Positions 1 to 9,991 are shown, counted from the stretch's first letter. The stretch: 64,000 nt of DNA from Rhodocyclales bacterium (GCA_016235745.1 JACRJA010000071.1:21913-85912), one strand, 5' to 3'. Notes: generated by a model from the sequence alone, not told the origin. A program made the numbers and translations.

Positions 1-820
1 TGGTGACGATATCGGGCACGATCCCGGCTTCCTCGAAACTGAAGAAAGTACCGGTACGCCCGCAGCCGGACTGGATGTCGTCGACGATGAGCAGCGCTCC
101 GTGACGCTTGGCCAGATCGGCGATTTTGCGCAGCCATGTGGCCGAGGCGGCGTTCAGGCCGCCTTCCCCTTGCACGGTCTCCACGAGGATGGCGGCCGGG
201 GCATCGAGGCCGCTCGATCCGTCGGACAGACGGCGTTCGAGGAGCTCGGCGGTATCGATGTCCGGGCCGTAATAGCCGTCGTAGGCTTCGTGCTCGACGT
301 GGTCGAGCGGCACGCCGGCGCCACGGCGCTTGGCGGAATTGCCGGTGCAGGCAAGCGAGCCCAGAGTCATGCCGTGGAAGCCGTTGGTAAAGGAGATCAC
401 CAGGTCGCGTCCCGTGACTTTGCGCGCGAGCTTGAGGGCGGCTTCGACCGCATTGGTCCCGGTCGGCCCGGGAAACATCACCACGTAGTCGAGCCCGCGC
501 GGCTCAAGGATCAGTTCTTCGAAGGTGCGCAGCAACTCGGCCTTGGGCCGCGTGTGCAGATCGAGCCCGTGGGTGATGCCATCGCTTTGAATGTACTCGA
601 TGAGCGCCTGCTTGAGCACGGGGTGGTTGTGACCGTAGTTGAGCGTGGCGCAGCCGCTCAGGAAGTCGAGATAGCGGCCGCCCTGATCGTCGTACATCCA
701 AGGCCCCAAGGCCTTGACGAACTGGCGCGGCATGGCGCGGCAGTAACTGCGTACCTTGGATTCGCGCCGCTCGTAAATCGAGCGATCGGGCAGAGTGCGG
801 GAAGGTTCAGGCCTGTTCAT
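1..820 (-). CDS. ectB: diaminobutyrate--2-oxoglutarate transaminase EctB (N-terminal ~273 codons; C-terminus beyond window edge)
   Basis: The reverse frame is open from the window edge to the ATG at 820-818. My translation starts MNRPEPSRTLPDRSIYERRESKVRSYCR and ends ...LIVDDIQSGCGRTGTFFSFEEAGIVPDIVT, a class-III aminotransferase signature. It overlaps the ectA stop by 14 nt. It is absent from the ORF track because it is open-ended. Confidence 0.85.
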   Translation of the reverse strand, partial: MNRPEPSRTLPDRSIYERRESKVRSYCRAMPRQFVKALGPWMYDDQGGRYLDFLSGCATLNYGHNHPVLKQALIEYIQSDGITHGLDLHTRPKAELLRTFEELILEPRGLDYVVMFPGPTGTNAVEAALKLARKVTGRDLVISFTNGFHGMTLGSLACTGNSAKRRGAGVPLDHVEHEAYDGYYGPDIDTAELLERRLSDGSSGLDAPAAILVETVQGEGGLNAASATWLRKIADLAKRHGALLIVDDIQSGCGRTGTFFSFEEAGIVPDIVT

Positions 821-1382
821 GCTGTTGTCCTCCTTCAGGGATGGAGTGGACGGCAGACAGGGGACCGATCGTCAATTCCCATTCGGTCTCGTGTCGGCCG
901 GCGAAATGGCGTTCTTTCTCGAACAGCGGCCGTTCGGAAATCAAGTAGCCGTGCCGGGCGGCGAAGCCACGAAAAAACGCCCAGGAAGCGTCATTGTCTG
1001 GTGTGATGGTGGTGACGAGGTAGCGCACGCCGTGCAAGCCAGGTCTGGCGAGCAGACGCTCGAGCATTTTCCCGGCAAGCCCCTTTCCTCTGGCCGACGG
1101 GGTCACGGCAACTTGCCACAGGAACAGTTTGTCGGGGGATTCGGGAATGAGGTAAGCGGAGATCCAGCCGAGCAGCGCTGCCTCTCCCTCGCGTTCGGCC
1201 AGGATGCACGTGGCGGCGAAATGCGTGCATTGCAGCAGGTTGCAATAGGCCGAGTTGGGGTCGAGCGGCGGGCAGTCGGCGATGAGCCGCGTGACGCGCG
1301 GCCCGTCTTCCGGCCGCGGAGCCCGCAACGTCAGCGCGGCCTGCATGAGGGGGGAGGAAAGTGGTGTTGATGTTTTTGACAT
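807..1382 (-). CDS. ectA: L-2,4-diaminobutyrate acetyltransferase EctA
   Basis: 191-aa GNAT-type ORF with EctA-like stretches (DPNSAYCNLLQCTHFAATCILAE, LFLWQVAV, ARGKGLAGKML). It lies immediately upstream of ectB, the canonical ectAB order. Confidence 0.85.
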   Translation of the reverse strand: MSKTSTPLSSPLMQAALTLRAPRPEDGPRVTRLIADCPPLDPNSAYCNLLQCTHFAATCILAEREGEAALLGWISAYLIPESPDKLFLWQVAVTPSARGKGLAGKMLERLLARPGLHGVRYLVTTITPDNDASWAFFRGFAARHGYLISERPLFEKERHFAGRHETEWELTIGPLSAVHSIPEGGQQHEQA

Positions 1383-1652
1383 AATACTTATGGATTTAAC
1401 CTTGTTTGCTGCTGAATAAATTCAGATATATTTCAATGTGAAGAGATGCAAGTCAAGTCTTTTGTAATATTTTCTTTTTTTACCGTATCACGCCATACCT
1501 GCGCAGTCAACCTTTTTTACAGAAGGGTTTTTGGGTGAGAGCATCTCCAGAAGCACTGGTATTTATATGATATATAAATATATATTTCGATTTTTTAGTG
1601 TGCTCGCCCCGACTGCGTCGGTGGGAGAGGGGGAAGAGCGCGGGCGGCGGAT
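1383..1652 (-). promoter_or_regulatory. AT-rich upstream region of ectA with candidate sigma-70 -35 (TTGACT, complement of 1451-1456) and a perfect 14-bp palindrome CTGAATAAATTCAG (1412-1425)
   Basis: A 270-bp tract of TA-rich sequence (e.g. tatatgatatataaatatatattt) in an otherwise GC-rich window. It sits between the ectA start and the ClC stop. The palindrome lies between the candidate promoter and the ectA ATG. Confidence 0.4.
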
Positions 1653-3065
1653 TCAGGCTTCGGGCGCCGCGCCGCGGGCTTGCTTTTGCCGTTTGAGGTG
1701 TTCGCTCGCCGCGCGCAGCGCGTCGCGCGCGAGGGCGTGGTAGAGCGGGGTGCGCACCAGGGTGCGGGAGACGGCGAAGGCGATGAGGGAGGTGGTCATG
1801 AGCGGCAGCAGCATTTCGTGGTTTGCCGTCATTTCCATCACGATCACGAAGGCGGTGATCGGCGTCTGGGTCATGGCGCAGAGAAAGCCCACCATGCCGA
1901 GAACGAGGAAAACGTTCGGGGCCTGGCCCGGGAACGCCGCACTCAGGAGCGAGCCCAGGCCAGCGCCCACGGCGAGCGCCGGTGCGAACATCCCGCCCGG
2001 GATGCGGCTGACGAAAGCCAAGGTGATGGCCGCCATCTTGGCGAGGAAAAAATACCAGGGCAGCACGCCCTCGCCCTCCAGGGCCGATTTGACTTGCTGG
2101 TAACCCGTGCCGTAGGTGTCCCCGCCGGTGAGTAGCCCCAGCACGGCGGTGGCCAGGCCACACAGCGCCGCCAGGCCCACCGGGTGCCGCCTGGCCCACT
2201 GACCGGCGCGCCCGGGAAACCCGTGGTGCGATAGGGCGATGAGCGCGCGGGCATAGAGGCTGCCGAGGACGCCGCAGGCGAGGCCCATCGTGAGCACGAC
2301 CTTCCCCCCGTCGGCCAGGCCCATGGCGAGGTCGGTGCGACCGAAGTAGGTATAGTTGCCCAGCAAGAGCAGAGAGACGATGCCGGAGAAGATCACGGCG
2401 GTCAGTAACGTCCCGTTCGCCTGGAAGGCGCGGCGGTGGGACATCTCTTCGATCGCAAAGAGGATGCCTCCCAGCGGGGTATTGAAGGCGGCCGCCACCC
2501 CTGCGCCGCCGCCGGCGACGATCAGGGCCTGACTGGAGGCGAGACGCCGCCGCTTGCGCTTGCCGGCCAAGGCGTACATCAGCGACGAGGCTACCTGAAC
2601 CGTGGGTCCTTCGCGGCCGATCGAGGCGCCGCACAGCAGGCCGAGCGCGGTGAGCACGATTTTTCCCAGAGCGAGGGGGATGGACAGCAGCGTGCGGCGC
2701 AACCGCCCGTCGGTGCTCAGGCTGGCGGCGATCGACTGGGGAATGCCACTGCCGGCGGCGAAGGGAAAGAAGCGCAGGGTGATCCAGGCGATGGCCGCAA
2801 ACCCGAGGGGGGACAGAACCAGCCCGAGCCAGGGGCGGCCGGCGAGCAGGGAGGAATGATAGGCGATGGCCCATTCTGCGGCGAGCGCAAAGCCGACGGA
2901 GAGCAGGCCGACGAGGCAGGCGGCAAGCACCATGCTCAGCTGCTCTTCCCAGCGGCGCAAAGACAGCGTCAGGCGCAGCAGGCGAGGCCAATGATGGGGG
3001 CGCAGGAAAGGAGCTCTCCTGGGTGTCCTGATGTGCGCAGGTGGAGGACGTTCGTCTTCGGACAT
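1653..3065 (-). CDS. ClC family voltage-gated chloride channel / H+-Cl- exchanger
   Basis: 470-aa polytopic membrane ORF carrying the ClC selectivity motifs GSGIPQ, GREGPTVQ and GGMFAPALAVG. Confidence 0.85.
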   Translation of the reverse strand: MSEDERPPPAHIRTPRRAPFLRPHHWPRLLRLTLSLRRWEEQLSMVLAACLVGLLSVGFALAAEWAIAYHSSLLAGRPWLGLVLSPLGFAAIAWITLRFFPFAAGSGIPQSIAASLSTDGRLRRTLLSIPLALGKIVLTALGLLCGASIGREGPTVQVASSLMYALAGKRKRRRLASSQALIVAGGGAGVAAAFNTPLGGILFAIEEMSHRRAFQANGTLLTAVIFSGIVSLLLLGNYTYFGRTDLAMGLADGGKVVLTMGLACGVLGSLYARALIALSHHGFPGRAGQWARRHPVGLAALCGLATAVLGLLTGGDTYGTGYQQVKSALEGEGVLPWYFFLAKMAAITLAFVSRIPGGMFAPALAVGAGLGSLLSAAFPGQAPNVFLVLGMVGFLCAMTQTPITAFVIVMEMTANHEMLLPLMTTSLIAFAVSRTLVRTPLYHALARDALRAASEHLKRQKQARGAAPEA

Positions 3066-3209
3066 AAAAAGATTTTAGTCCAAACTTGCATGAGCCGGAT
3101 GTTTGGTTCTATCATGATTCTCGATCGTTGAGCGGGCGTGTCACCGCTCGTCACGTTTGCAGGCTGCGTGCCAGGAGATCGTTGAATCCGGCACAAGGGG
3201 GAAGACGAG

Positions 3210-4019
3210 ATGGCAGAGACGGGCGAATCCGGGCAAGAAGAAACCCCGGTCCGCTACGCGGTGCAGGCGGGTGTGGCCGAGCTCGCCTTCAACCGTCCGC
3301 ATCGACTCAATGCGGTCAATGAGGCGGTCTACGCCGCGTTGCGCGAGGCGCTGCGCCGTGCCGAGGAAGACGAGGCCGTGCGGGTGGTGCTGCTGCGCGG
3401 CGAAGGGCGGGCGTTTTGCGTGGGGGCCGACCTGAAAGCGCATGGCAGCGGCGAGCGCACGCCCTATCAGCGGCGTCGTTACCTGGAAGGGGAACAGGAA
3501 GTGTGCCGGTGCATCATGCACCTGTCCAAGCCCGTGGTGGCGGCGGTGCACGGCTACGCCCTCGGGGCCGGGGCCGAGATGGCGCTGGCGGCCGACTTCC
3601 TTTTGATGAGCAGAAGCGCCAAGATTGGTTTCCCGGAGCTGTCGATCGGCAATTTCCTCGGCGGCGGGGTCACCTGGCTGCTGCCGCGGCTGGTGGGGCT
3701 GGCGCGGGCGCGCGAGCTGCTCTTCTTCGGTGAGCGCATCGACGGCGCGCAGGCCGAAGGCATGGGTCTGGCCAACCGCGCCCTCGACGACGAGGGCTTC
3801 CTCGAGGCCGCGCGTCTGTATGCGCGTACCTTGGCCGAGAAGGCGCCCATCTCCATGGAATTGGCCAAGCGCACGCTGTTACTGGCCGCGGGTAACTCGC
3901 TCGAGGCTGCGCTCGCCGCCGAACTGGAAGGAATGACTTTCGTGGCCACTACCGAGGATTGGCGCGAGGGGGTGGAGGCGTTCGCCGAGAAACGGGCACC
4001 GAAGTTTCACGGGAGGTGA
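3210..4019 (+). CDS. enoyl-CoA hydratase/isomerase (crotonase) family protein
   Basis: 269-aa ORF with a crotonase-fold pattern (AFNRPHRLNA, VVLLRGEGRAFCVGADL, AAVHGYALGAGAEMALAADF). Confidence 0.8.
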   Translation: MAETGESGQEETPVRYAVQAGVAELAFNRPHRLNAVNEAVYAALREALRRAEEDEAVRVVLLRGEGRAFCVGADLKAHGSGERTPYQRRRYLEGEQEVCRCIMHLSKPVVAAVHGYALGAGAEMALAADFLLMSRSAKIGFPELSIGNFLGGGVTWLLPRLVGLARARELLFFGERIDGAQAEGMGLANRALDDEGFLEAARLYARTLAEKAPISMELAKRTLLLAAGNSLEAALAAELEGMTFVATTEDWREGVEAFAEKRAPKFHGR

Positions 4020-4023
4020 ATGG

Positions 4024-6231
4024 ATGAATCAGCCGGAGATGCCGAGCACCGTTCCAGCCGAGATTTCCTCCGATCCGCTCGCTCCCCTGTTTTTTCCCCG
4101 GGCGGTGGCCGTCGTGGGGGCTTCCGCCGTGCCCGGCAAGCGCGGCTATAAGGCCGTACAGGGGCTGATCGAGGCCGGCTATCGGGGCGCCATCTATCCC
4201 ATCCACCCGCGGGAAGAAATGATCCTGGGGCGGCGCTGCTACCGCAGCGTGAGCGAGATTGCGGGCGAGGTCGACCTGGCGATGATCTGCACCCCCGCGG
4301 CCGCCGTTCCCGGCCTGGTGGCCGAGTGCGGGCGCAAGGGTGTCAAAGGGGTGGTGGTAGTGGCCGGTGGCTTTCGCGAGAGCGGCCCCGACGGCGAACG
4401 CCTGGAAGAGGCTTTGCTCGAAGCGGCGCAGCGCCACGCAGTGCGCGTCATCGGCCCCAATACCTCGGGCATGTTCAACCTGAGCATCGGGCTCGATTTG
4501 CTGGGCTTGCGCGGCATTCGTCCGGGGCACGTCGCCTTCATCTCGCAATCGGGCAACATGCTGCTCTCGCTCGTGCTGGAGGCTCAATATCACGGGGAGC
4601 TGGGGTTTTCGATCTACGTCGGGCCGGGCAACCAGACCGACCTGGGGTTCAACGATTACTTGCGTTTCCTTGGCGGTGAGCCCAACACCAGAGTGGTGAC
4701 GATGTACGTCGAGGGCTTTCGCTCCGGCCAGCGCTTCCTCCAGATCGCCCGCGGCGTGTCGCGGCACAAGCCGGTCGTGGTCTACAAATCCGGCGCCACC
4801 GAGGCCGGCAAGGTGGCGGCGCGCTCGCATACCGGGGCGCTGGCGGGCAGCTACGCCATGACGGTCGATCTGTTGCGCCAGGCCGGGGTGTGCTTGGTGC
4901 AGCAATCCGACGAGATCCTGCCCGTGGCCGAGGGGCTGGCGGCGTGGAACGCCGCTCCAGGCGCGCGCGTGGCGGTGCTCTCCGACGGCGGCGGGCAGGC
5001 CACGATCGCCGTCGACCGTCTGGTGGAGGCCGGGCTATCGCTGGCCGATTTGCAGGAGGGCACGCGACGGCGACTGGCGGCCATCCTGCCGCCGCAGGCT
5101 TCGCTGCGCAACCCGATCGATGTGGCCGGCGCATCCGACGACAATCCTTCCATCCTTGCCGAGTGCCTGGCCATTCTCGCTCAGGACGACGGCGTCGATG
5201 CCCTGTTGCTGGTGGGGATGTTCGGCGGCTACGCTTTGCGTTTCGGCGAGCAGCTCATGGGCAACGAGATGCGCTGCGCCGAGACCTTGGCCGAATGGCG
5301 GCTGAAATGGCAGGGCAAGCCTTTGGTGATCCACAGCCTCTACGCGCCCATCAAGCCGCCGGCAGTGCGGCGCCTGCGTGAGGCAGGGGTGCCGGTATAT
5401 ACCTCGATCGAGCATGCGGTGCGGGTGTTACAGGCTTTGGCCGAGCGCGGACAATATCTGCGTCGCTGTGCCGAGCCGGAGGCGGGGGCGGTTTCTCCCC
5501 TGCCCGAGGTGCGGGAGATCTTCCTGCGCGCCGTCCAGGAGGGGCGCAACCCCTATGAGCACGAAGCCAGGGCGGCCCTGGCCGCGCATGGCATCGCGGT
5601 GGACGAGACGCTGCTCATGCGTTCGCCCGAGGACGCAGACGCGGTGCTCGCGCGCTTTGGGGATCGCCCGCTCGCGCTCAAGATCGTCTCGCGTGACATC
5701 CTGCACAAGAGCGAGGCCGGTGGCGTGCGTTTGGGAGTGTGCGGACGCGAGGCCCTGCTCGAGGCGTACGAGGGCATCCTTGTCTCCTGCCGCGCCCATG
5801 CGCCCAAGGCGGATCTGCACGGCGTGCTCGTCACGCCCATGGCCGCCAGGGGAGTGGAAGTGATCATCGGCATGGTACGTGACCCGGTCTTCGGGCCGGT
5901 GCTGATGTTCGGCCTGGGCGGCATCTTCGTCGAGGTGCTCAACGACGTCGCTTTTCGCGCCGTGCCGCTGACGCGCGACGAGGCCGAATCCATGCTGCGC
6001 CAGCTGCGCGGGCACAAGCTGTTGCACGGCGTACGGGGCCTGCCGCGCGTCGACGAGGCCCGGCTGGTGGATCTGTTGCTGCAGGTGGCCGATTTCGTGC
6101 ACGCCTATCCCGAGATTTCCGAGCTCGACCTCAACCCGGTGATCGTGCACGAGCGGGATTACGTGATCGCCGATGCGCGCTTCCTGCTCAATCCGAACAT
6201 GCTGCCGCTCGAAGGGGAAGGGGACGGCTGA
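4024..6231 (+). CDS. ADP-forming acyl-CoA synthetase (acetate--CoA ligase family; CoA-binding + succinyl-CoA-ligase-like + ATP-grasp domains)
   Basis: 735-aa ORF. The N-terminal CoA-binding region (AVVGASAVPGKRGYKA ... ISQSGN) and the C-terminal ATP-grasp region (LKIVSRDILHKSEAGGV) are typical of NDP-forming acyl-CoA synthetases. Confidence 0.8.
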   Translation: MNQPEMPSTVPAEISSDPLAPLFFPRAVAVVGASAVPGKRGYKAVQGLIEAGYRGAIYPIHPREEMILGRRCYRSVSEIAGEVDLAMICTPAAAVPGLVAECGRKGVKGVVVVAGGFRESGPDGERLEEALLEAAQRHAVRVIGPNTSGMFNLSIGLDLLGLRGIRPGHVAFISQSGNMLLSLVLEAQYHGELGFSIYVGPGNQTDLGFNDYLRFLGGEPNTRVVTMYVEGFRSGQRFLQIARGVSRHKPVVVYKSGATEAGKVAARSHTGALAGSYAMTVDLLRQAGVCLVQQSDEILPVAEGLAAWNAAPGARVAVLSDGGGQATIAVDRLVEAGLSLADLQEGTRRRLAAILPPQASLRNPIDVAGASDDNPSILAECLAILAQDDGVDALLLVGMFGGYALRFGEQLMGNEMRCAETLAEWRLKWQGKPLVIHSLYAPIKPPAVRRLREAGVPVYTSIEHAVRVLQALAERGQYLRRCAEPEAGAVSPLPEVREIFLRAVQEGRNPYEHEARAALAAHGIAVDETLLMRSPEDADAVLARFGDRPLALKIVSRDILHKSEAGGVRLGVCGREALLEAYEGILVSCRAHAPKADLHGVLVTPMAARGVEVIIGMVRDPVFGPVLMFGLGGIFVEVLNDVAFRAVPLTRDEAESMLRQLRGHKLLHGVRGLPRVDEARLVDLLLQVADFVHAYPEISELDLNPVIVHERDYVIADARFLLNPNMLPLEGEGDG

Positions 6232-6334
6232 CCCGCGGGCGGGGGGGGTTCGTGCGGGTTTTCCCGAACTGGCGCTTCGTGCGTCTGTGCCCTAGACTCG
6301 ATGAAACGAGGATCATCCACTGGAGGAGTTCACC

Positions 6335-7309
6335 ATGAAATACATCAAGACGCTGAGCGCTGCGCTGGCGCTGGGTCTGGCCACCCTGAGTGCGCCGACG
6401 GCCATGGCGCAGCAGAAGTTCGTCACCATCGGCACCGGCGGGGTCACCGGGGTGTACTATGCCGCTGGCGGGGCGGTGTGCCGTTTGATGAACAAGGATC
6501 GGGCGCAACACGGATTGCGCTGTTCGGTCGAGAGCACCGGCGGCTCGGTGTATAACGTCAATACCATCCGCTCTGGGGAGCTGGATTTCGGCGTGGTGCA
6601 GTCCGACTGGCAGTACCACGCCTACAACGGCACGAGCTCCTTCAAGGACGCCGGGCCGTTCAAGGATCTGCGCGCGGTGTTCTCGCTGCATCCCGAGCCG
6701 CTCACGCTGGTGGTACGTCCCGAGCTCGATGCGAAGAAGGGCCTGGAAACCATCAAGGGCAAGCGCGTCAACATCGGCAACCCCGGCTCGGGGCAGCGCG
6801 CCACGGTCGACGTGCTGCTTCAGGCTCTGGGGTGGTCGCATGCCGATTTTTCCCTCGTCTCGGAGCTCAAGCCGGACGAGCACGGCCCGGCACTGTGCGA
6901 CAACAAGATCGATGCCTTCTTCTTCGTCGTCGGGCACCCCAGCGCCAACATCCAGGATCCCATCGCCACCTGTAACGCGAAACTGGCTCAGGTCAGCGGC
7001 CCGGCGGTCGACAAGCTCGTGGCCGATTCGCCCTATTATGCCAAGGTGGAAATCCCGGGCGGGCTGTATCCCAATCACCCCGATCCCGTGCCGACGTACG
7101 GGGTGCTCGCCACGCTCGTGACCTCGGCCAAGGTGCCCGACGAGGTGGTCTATACCCTGGTGAAGACGGTGTTCGACAACTTCGAAGAATTCAAGAAACT
7201 GCACCCGGCTTTCGGGCATCTCGACCCGCAGCACATGGTCAAGGATGGCCTGTCGGCGCCTTTGCATCCGGGGGCGCTGAAGTACTACCGCGAAAAAGGC
7301 TGGCTCTGA
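6335..7309 (+). CDS. TAXI family TRAP transporter solute-binding subunit
   Basis: 324-aa ORF with a signal peptide (…LSAPTAMA) and the TAXI hallmark [12 protein letters not shown]. It is followed by a fused TRAP permease. Confidence 0.8.
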   Translation: MKYIKTLSAALALGLATLSAPTAMAQQKFVTIGTGGVTGVYYAAGGAVCRLMNKDRAQHGLRCSVESTGGSVYNVNTIRSGELDFGVVQSDWQYHAYNGTSSFKDAGPFKDLRAVFSLHPEPLTLVVRPELDAKKGLETIKGKRVNIGNPGSGQRATVDVLLQALGWSHADFSLVSELKPDEHGPALCDNKIDAFFFVVGHPSANIQDPIATCNAKLAQVSGPAVDKLVADSPYYAKVEIPGGLYPNHPDPVPTYGVLATLVTSAKVPDEVVYTLVKTVFDNFEEFKKLHPAFGHLDPQHMVKDGLSAPLHPGALKYYREKGWL

Positions 7310-7325
7310 GCGGAGGCGGGGCGAC

Positions 7326-9941
7326 ATGACCCGGACTGGCGAGGAGGGCGGGCTGCGGCCTGGCGGGGATGAGCCCGGGCTGCCGGACGAGGCGCTGCGC
7401 GAGCTCGTCGCCGAGGCCGACACCGGCCGGCGGCAGCCGGGGGGCTGGCAAGGCGGGGTGCTCACGCTGCTGGCGGTCGCGTGGTCGCTGTTCCAGCTGT
7501 GGTATGCCTCGCCTTTGCCTTTTTGGTTCGAGTTCGGCATCTTCAACGACACCGAGGCGCGCTCCATCCACCTCGCCTTCGCCCTGGCGTTGGCCTTTCT
7601 GGCCTATCCGGCCTCGAGGCGTTCGCCGCGCGATCGCATCGCCTCTTTCGACTGGGCCTTGGGACTGGCCGGCATGGCTTGCGCCGGCTACATCGCGCTC
7701 TTCTACCGTGAGCTGTCTACGCGGCCGGGCTTGCCCACGTCGCTGGATCTGGCCGCGGCCCTCATCGGTCTGGGGCTGCTGCTGGAGGCGACGCGCCGTA
7801 CCCTCGGTTGGCCGCTGGCCGTGCTCGCGCTCGTCTTTCTCGGCTACGTCTTCCTCGGACCTCATATGCCCGATGCGATCGCGCACCGGGGGGCTTCGCT
7901 TGCCAAGGGGATGAGCCACTTCTGGCTCACCACCGAAGGGGTGTTCGGCGTGGCCCTGGGGGTGTCGACCAGTTTCATCTTTCTCTTCGTGCTCTTTGGC
8001 GCCATGCTGGAGACGGCCGGTGCCGGGGGTTATTTCATCGCCGCGGCCATTTCCTTGTTGGGCCGATTCCGCGGCGGGCCGGCCAAGGCGGCGGTGGTGG
8101 CTTCGGCGGCCACCGGCGTCATCTCGGGCTCGTCCATCGCCAACGTCGTCACGACCGGCACGTTCACCATCCCGCTGATGAAGCGGGTGGGCTATCCGGC
8201 CAAGAAAGCCGCGGCGGTGGAGGTGGCTGCCTCGGTCGATGGGCAGATCATGCCGCCGGTGATGGGCGCGGCGGCCTTCCTCATGACCGAGTACGTCGGC
8301 ATTGCCTACACCGAGGTGCTCAAGCATGCCTTCTTGCCGGCGCTGCTTTCCTACCTCGGCCTTTTCTACATGGTGCACCTGGAGGCGGTGCGCCACGGCA
8401 TCGAGGGGCTGCCGGCGCGTACGCTCACGCCCTGGCAGCAGCGCCTGGCGCGTGCCGTCATGGCGTTCGCCGGGATCGTGATCCTGGCCGGCGCGGTGGT
8501 GTGGGGTCTGGGCTGGATCAAGGCGGTGTGGCCGCAGGCGTCCTTCTGGATCGTTTCGGTGCTGATGTTCTTTCTCTACCTCGCGCTGGTGCGTCTGGCC
8601 GCCCGTATGCCGCCACTGCCTTTCGACGATCCACAGGCGCAGATCACCGAGTTGCCCGAGGCGGGAAAGACCATCCCGGCCGGCTTGCATTACCTGCTGC
8701 CGGTGGCGGTGCTCATCTGGAACCTCATGGTGGAGCGCCTCTCGCCGGGGCTGGCCGCCTTCTGGGCGCTCACCTACCTCGTCTTCATCCTCCTGACGCA
8801 GCGCCCGCTCTATGCCTTCTTTCGCGGGCAGGGCCGGCTGGGGGCGGCCGCCATCCAAGGGCTGCGCGATCTTTGGGCTGCGCTGGTGGGCGGGGCACGC
8901 AACATGGTGCCGATCGCCGTCGCTACGGCCACCGCTGGCATCATCGTGGGCACGGTGACCCTCACCGGCATCGGTCTGGTGCTCACCGAGGTGATCGAGA
9001 TGCTCGCCGGCGGCAATCTGCTCTTGTTGTTGCTGCTGGTGGCCTTCATCTGCGTGATCCTGGGCATGGGGCTGCCCACCACGGCCAATTACATCGTGGT
9101 GTCCACCCTGATGGCGCCGGTGGTGGTCGAGGTGGGAGGGGCAAATGGGCTGGTCGTGCCGCTCGTGGCCGTGCACATGTTCGTGTTCTATTTCGGATTG
9201 ATGGCCGACGTCACCCCGCCCGTCGGGCTGGCCTCGTATGCTGCGGCTGGCATCGCGCGCACCGACCCAATCGCCGTTGGGGTGCAGGCTTTCTTCTATT
9301 CCCTCCGCACGGCCATTCTGCCGTTCATGTTCCTCTTCAACACGCAGTTGCTCTTGATCGGCGTGGGGGGCTGGGGCGGGCTGGTGTTGACGGTGGCGGC
9401 GGGCGTAACGGCGATGATGGCTTTCGTGGCGGCGCTGCAAGGGTGGTTTTTCGCGCGCAACCGTTGGTGGGAGACCGGTGTGCTCCTGCTGGTGGCGTTT
9501 ACCTTGTTGCGCCCGGGGTTCTGGATGGACCGCATCGTGTCGCCGTACATCGAGGTGCCTGCCGCCGAGCTCGAAACGGTGATCCGTCCACTGCCCGCGG
9601 GGGCGCCGCTGCGAGTCTTCGTGGAAGGCTTGAATCTGCAAGGTGAAGAGGTACATCGCGGCGTGGTGCTGCCCTTGGGCGAGCCCACGGGGGGCGCCCG
9701 GGAGCGTTTGCGCTCGGCCGGGGTGCACGTGATGCCTCTGGGAGATCGATGGCAGATCGTGGGCGTGGATTTCGGCTCAGTGGCGGCGAAAATGGGCATC
9801 GAATCCGGATTGAGCATTTCGCATGTGGAGCTGCCCAACCCCGATCGACCCGCCAAGGAGTGGTTTTATCTGCCGGCGTGGGCGCTGATGATGGCGTTGG
9901 CGTGGTGGCAATGGCGCCGAAGCGCGCGTAGATCGGGCTGA
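7326..9941 (+). CDS. TRAP transporter fused (4TM/12TM) permease subunit with C-terminal extension
   Basis: 871-aa highly hydrophobic ORF directly downstream of the TAXI binding protein. Its organisation is typical of TAXI-TRAP fused permeases. Confidence 0.8.
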   Translation: MTRTGEEGGLRPGGDEPGLPDEALRELVAEADTGRRQPGGWQGGVLTLLAVAWSLFQLWYASPLPFWFEFGIFNDTEARSIHLAFALALAFLAYPASRRSPRDRIASFDWALGLAGMACAGYIALFYRELSTRPGLPTSLDLAAALIGLGLLLEATRRTLGWPLAVLALVFLGYVFLGPHMPDAIAHRGASLAKGMSHFWLTTEGVFGVALGVSTSFIFLFVLFGAMLETAGAGGYFIAAAISLLGRFRGGPAKAAVVASAATGVISGSSIANVVTTGTFTIPLMKRVGYPAKKAAAVEVAASVDGQIMPPVMGAAAFLMTEYVGIAYTEVLKHAFLPALLSYLGLFYMVHLEAVRHGIEGLPARTLTPWQQRLARAVMAFAGIVILAGAVVWGLGWIKAVWPQASFWIVSVLMFFLYLALVRLAARMPPLPFDDPQAQITELPEAGKTIPAGLHYLLPVAVLIWNLMVERLSPGLAAFWALTYLVFILLTQRPLYAFFRGQGRLGAAAIQGLRDLWAALVGGARNMVPIAVATATAGIIVGTVTLTGIGLVLTEVIEMLAGGNLLLLLLLVAFICVILGMGLPTTANYIVVSTLMAPVVVEVGGANGLVVPLVAVHMFVFYFGLMADVTPPVGLASYAAAGIARTDPIAVGVQAFFYSLRTAILPFMFLFNTQLLLIGVGGWGGLVLTVAAGVTAMMAFVAALQGWFFARNRWWETGVLLLVAFTLLRPGFWMDRIVSPYIEVPAAELETVIRPLPAGAPLRVFVEGLNLQGEEVHRGVVLPLGEPTGGARERLRSAGVHVMPLGDRWQIVGVDFGSVAAKMGIESGLSISHVELPNPDRPAKEWFYLPAWALMMALAWWQWRRSARRSG

Positions 9942-9963
9942 AGCGGGGGAGTGCGGGGATACG

Positions 9964-9991
9964 GGAAAACGCCGTAGCAAACAACGGCGTT
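9964..9991 (-). terminator. candidate rho-independent terminator downstream of tRNA-Leu
   Basis: On the minus strand an ACGCCGT/ACGGCGT stem is followed by TTTTCCC. It lies about 40 nt 3' of the tRNA. Confidence 0.45.

Noticed and set aside
3070-3090. Shared 10-mer TTGGACTAAA (minus strand) just upstream of both the ClC start (about 3075-3084) and the ccpA start (about 37973-37982). Considered as a common regulatory motif.
   Set aside because: There are only two occurrences, at very different distances from the start codons (about 10 nt versus about 40 nt). No palindromic partner exists at the ClC site. A chance match in AT-rich promoter DNA cannot be excluded without a genome-wide count.
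7239-9728. Very long ORFs antisense to well-supported genes. Examples are 7239-9728 (829 aa, opposite the TRAP permease), 10231-12519 (opposite rnr), 48889-51573 (opposite ftsH), 52461-54920 (opposite feoB), 40654-42270 (opposite the NCS2 permease) and 29190-30704 (opposite ccmF).
   Set aside because: Their translations are low-complexity and rich in R/G/H/P/E/A, with no recognisable domains. Each lies exactly opposite a gene with strong motif support. Stop-poor antisense frames are expected in DNA this GC-rich.
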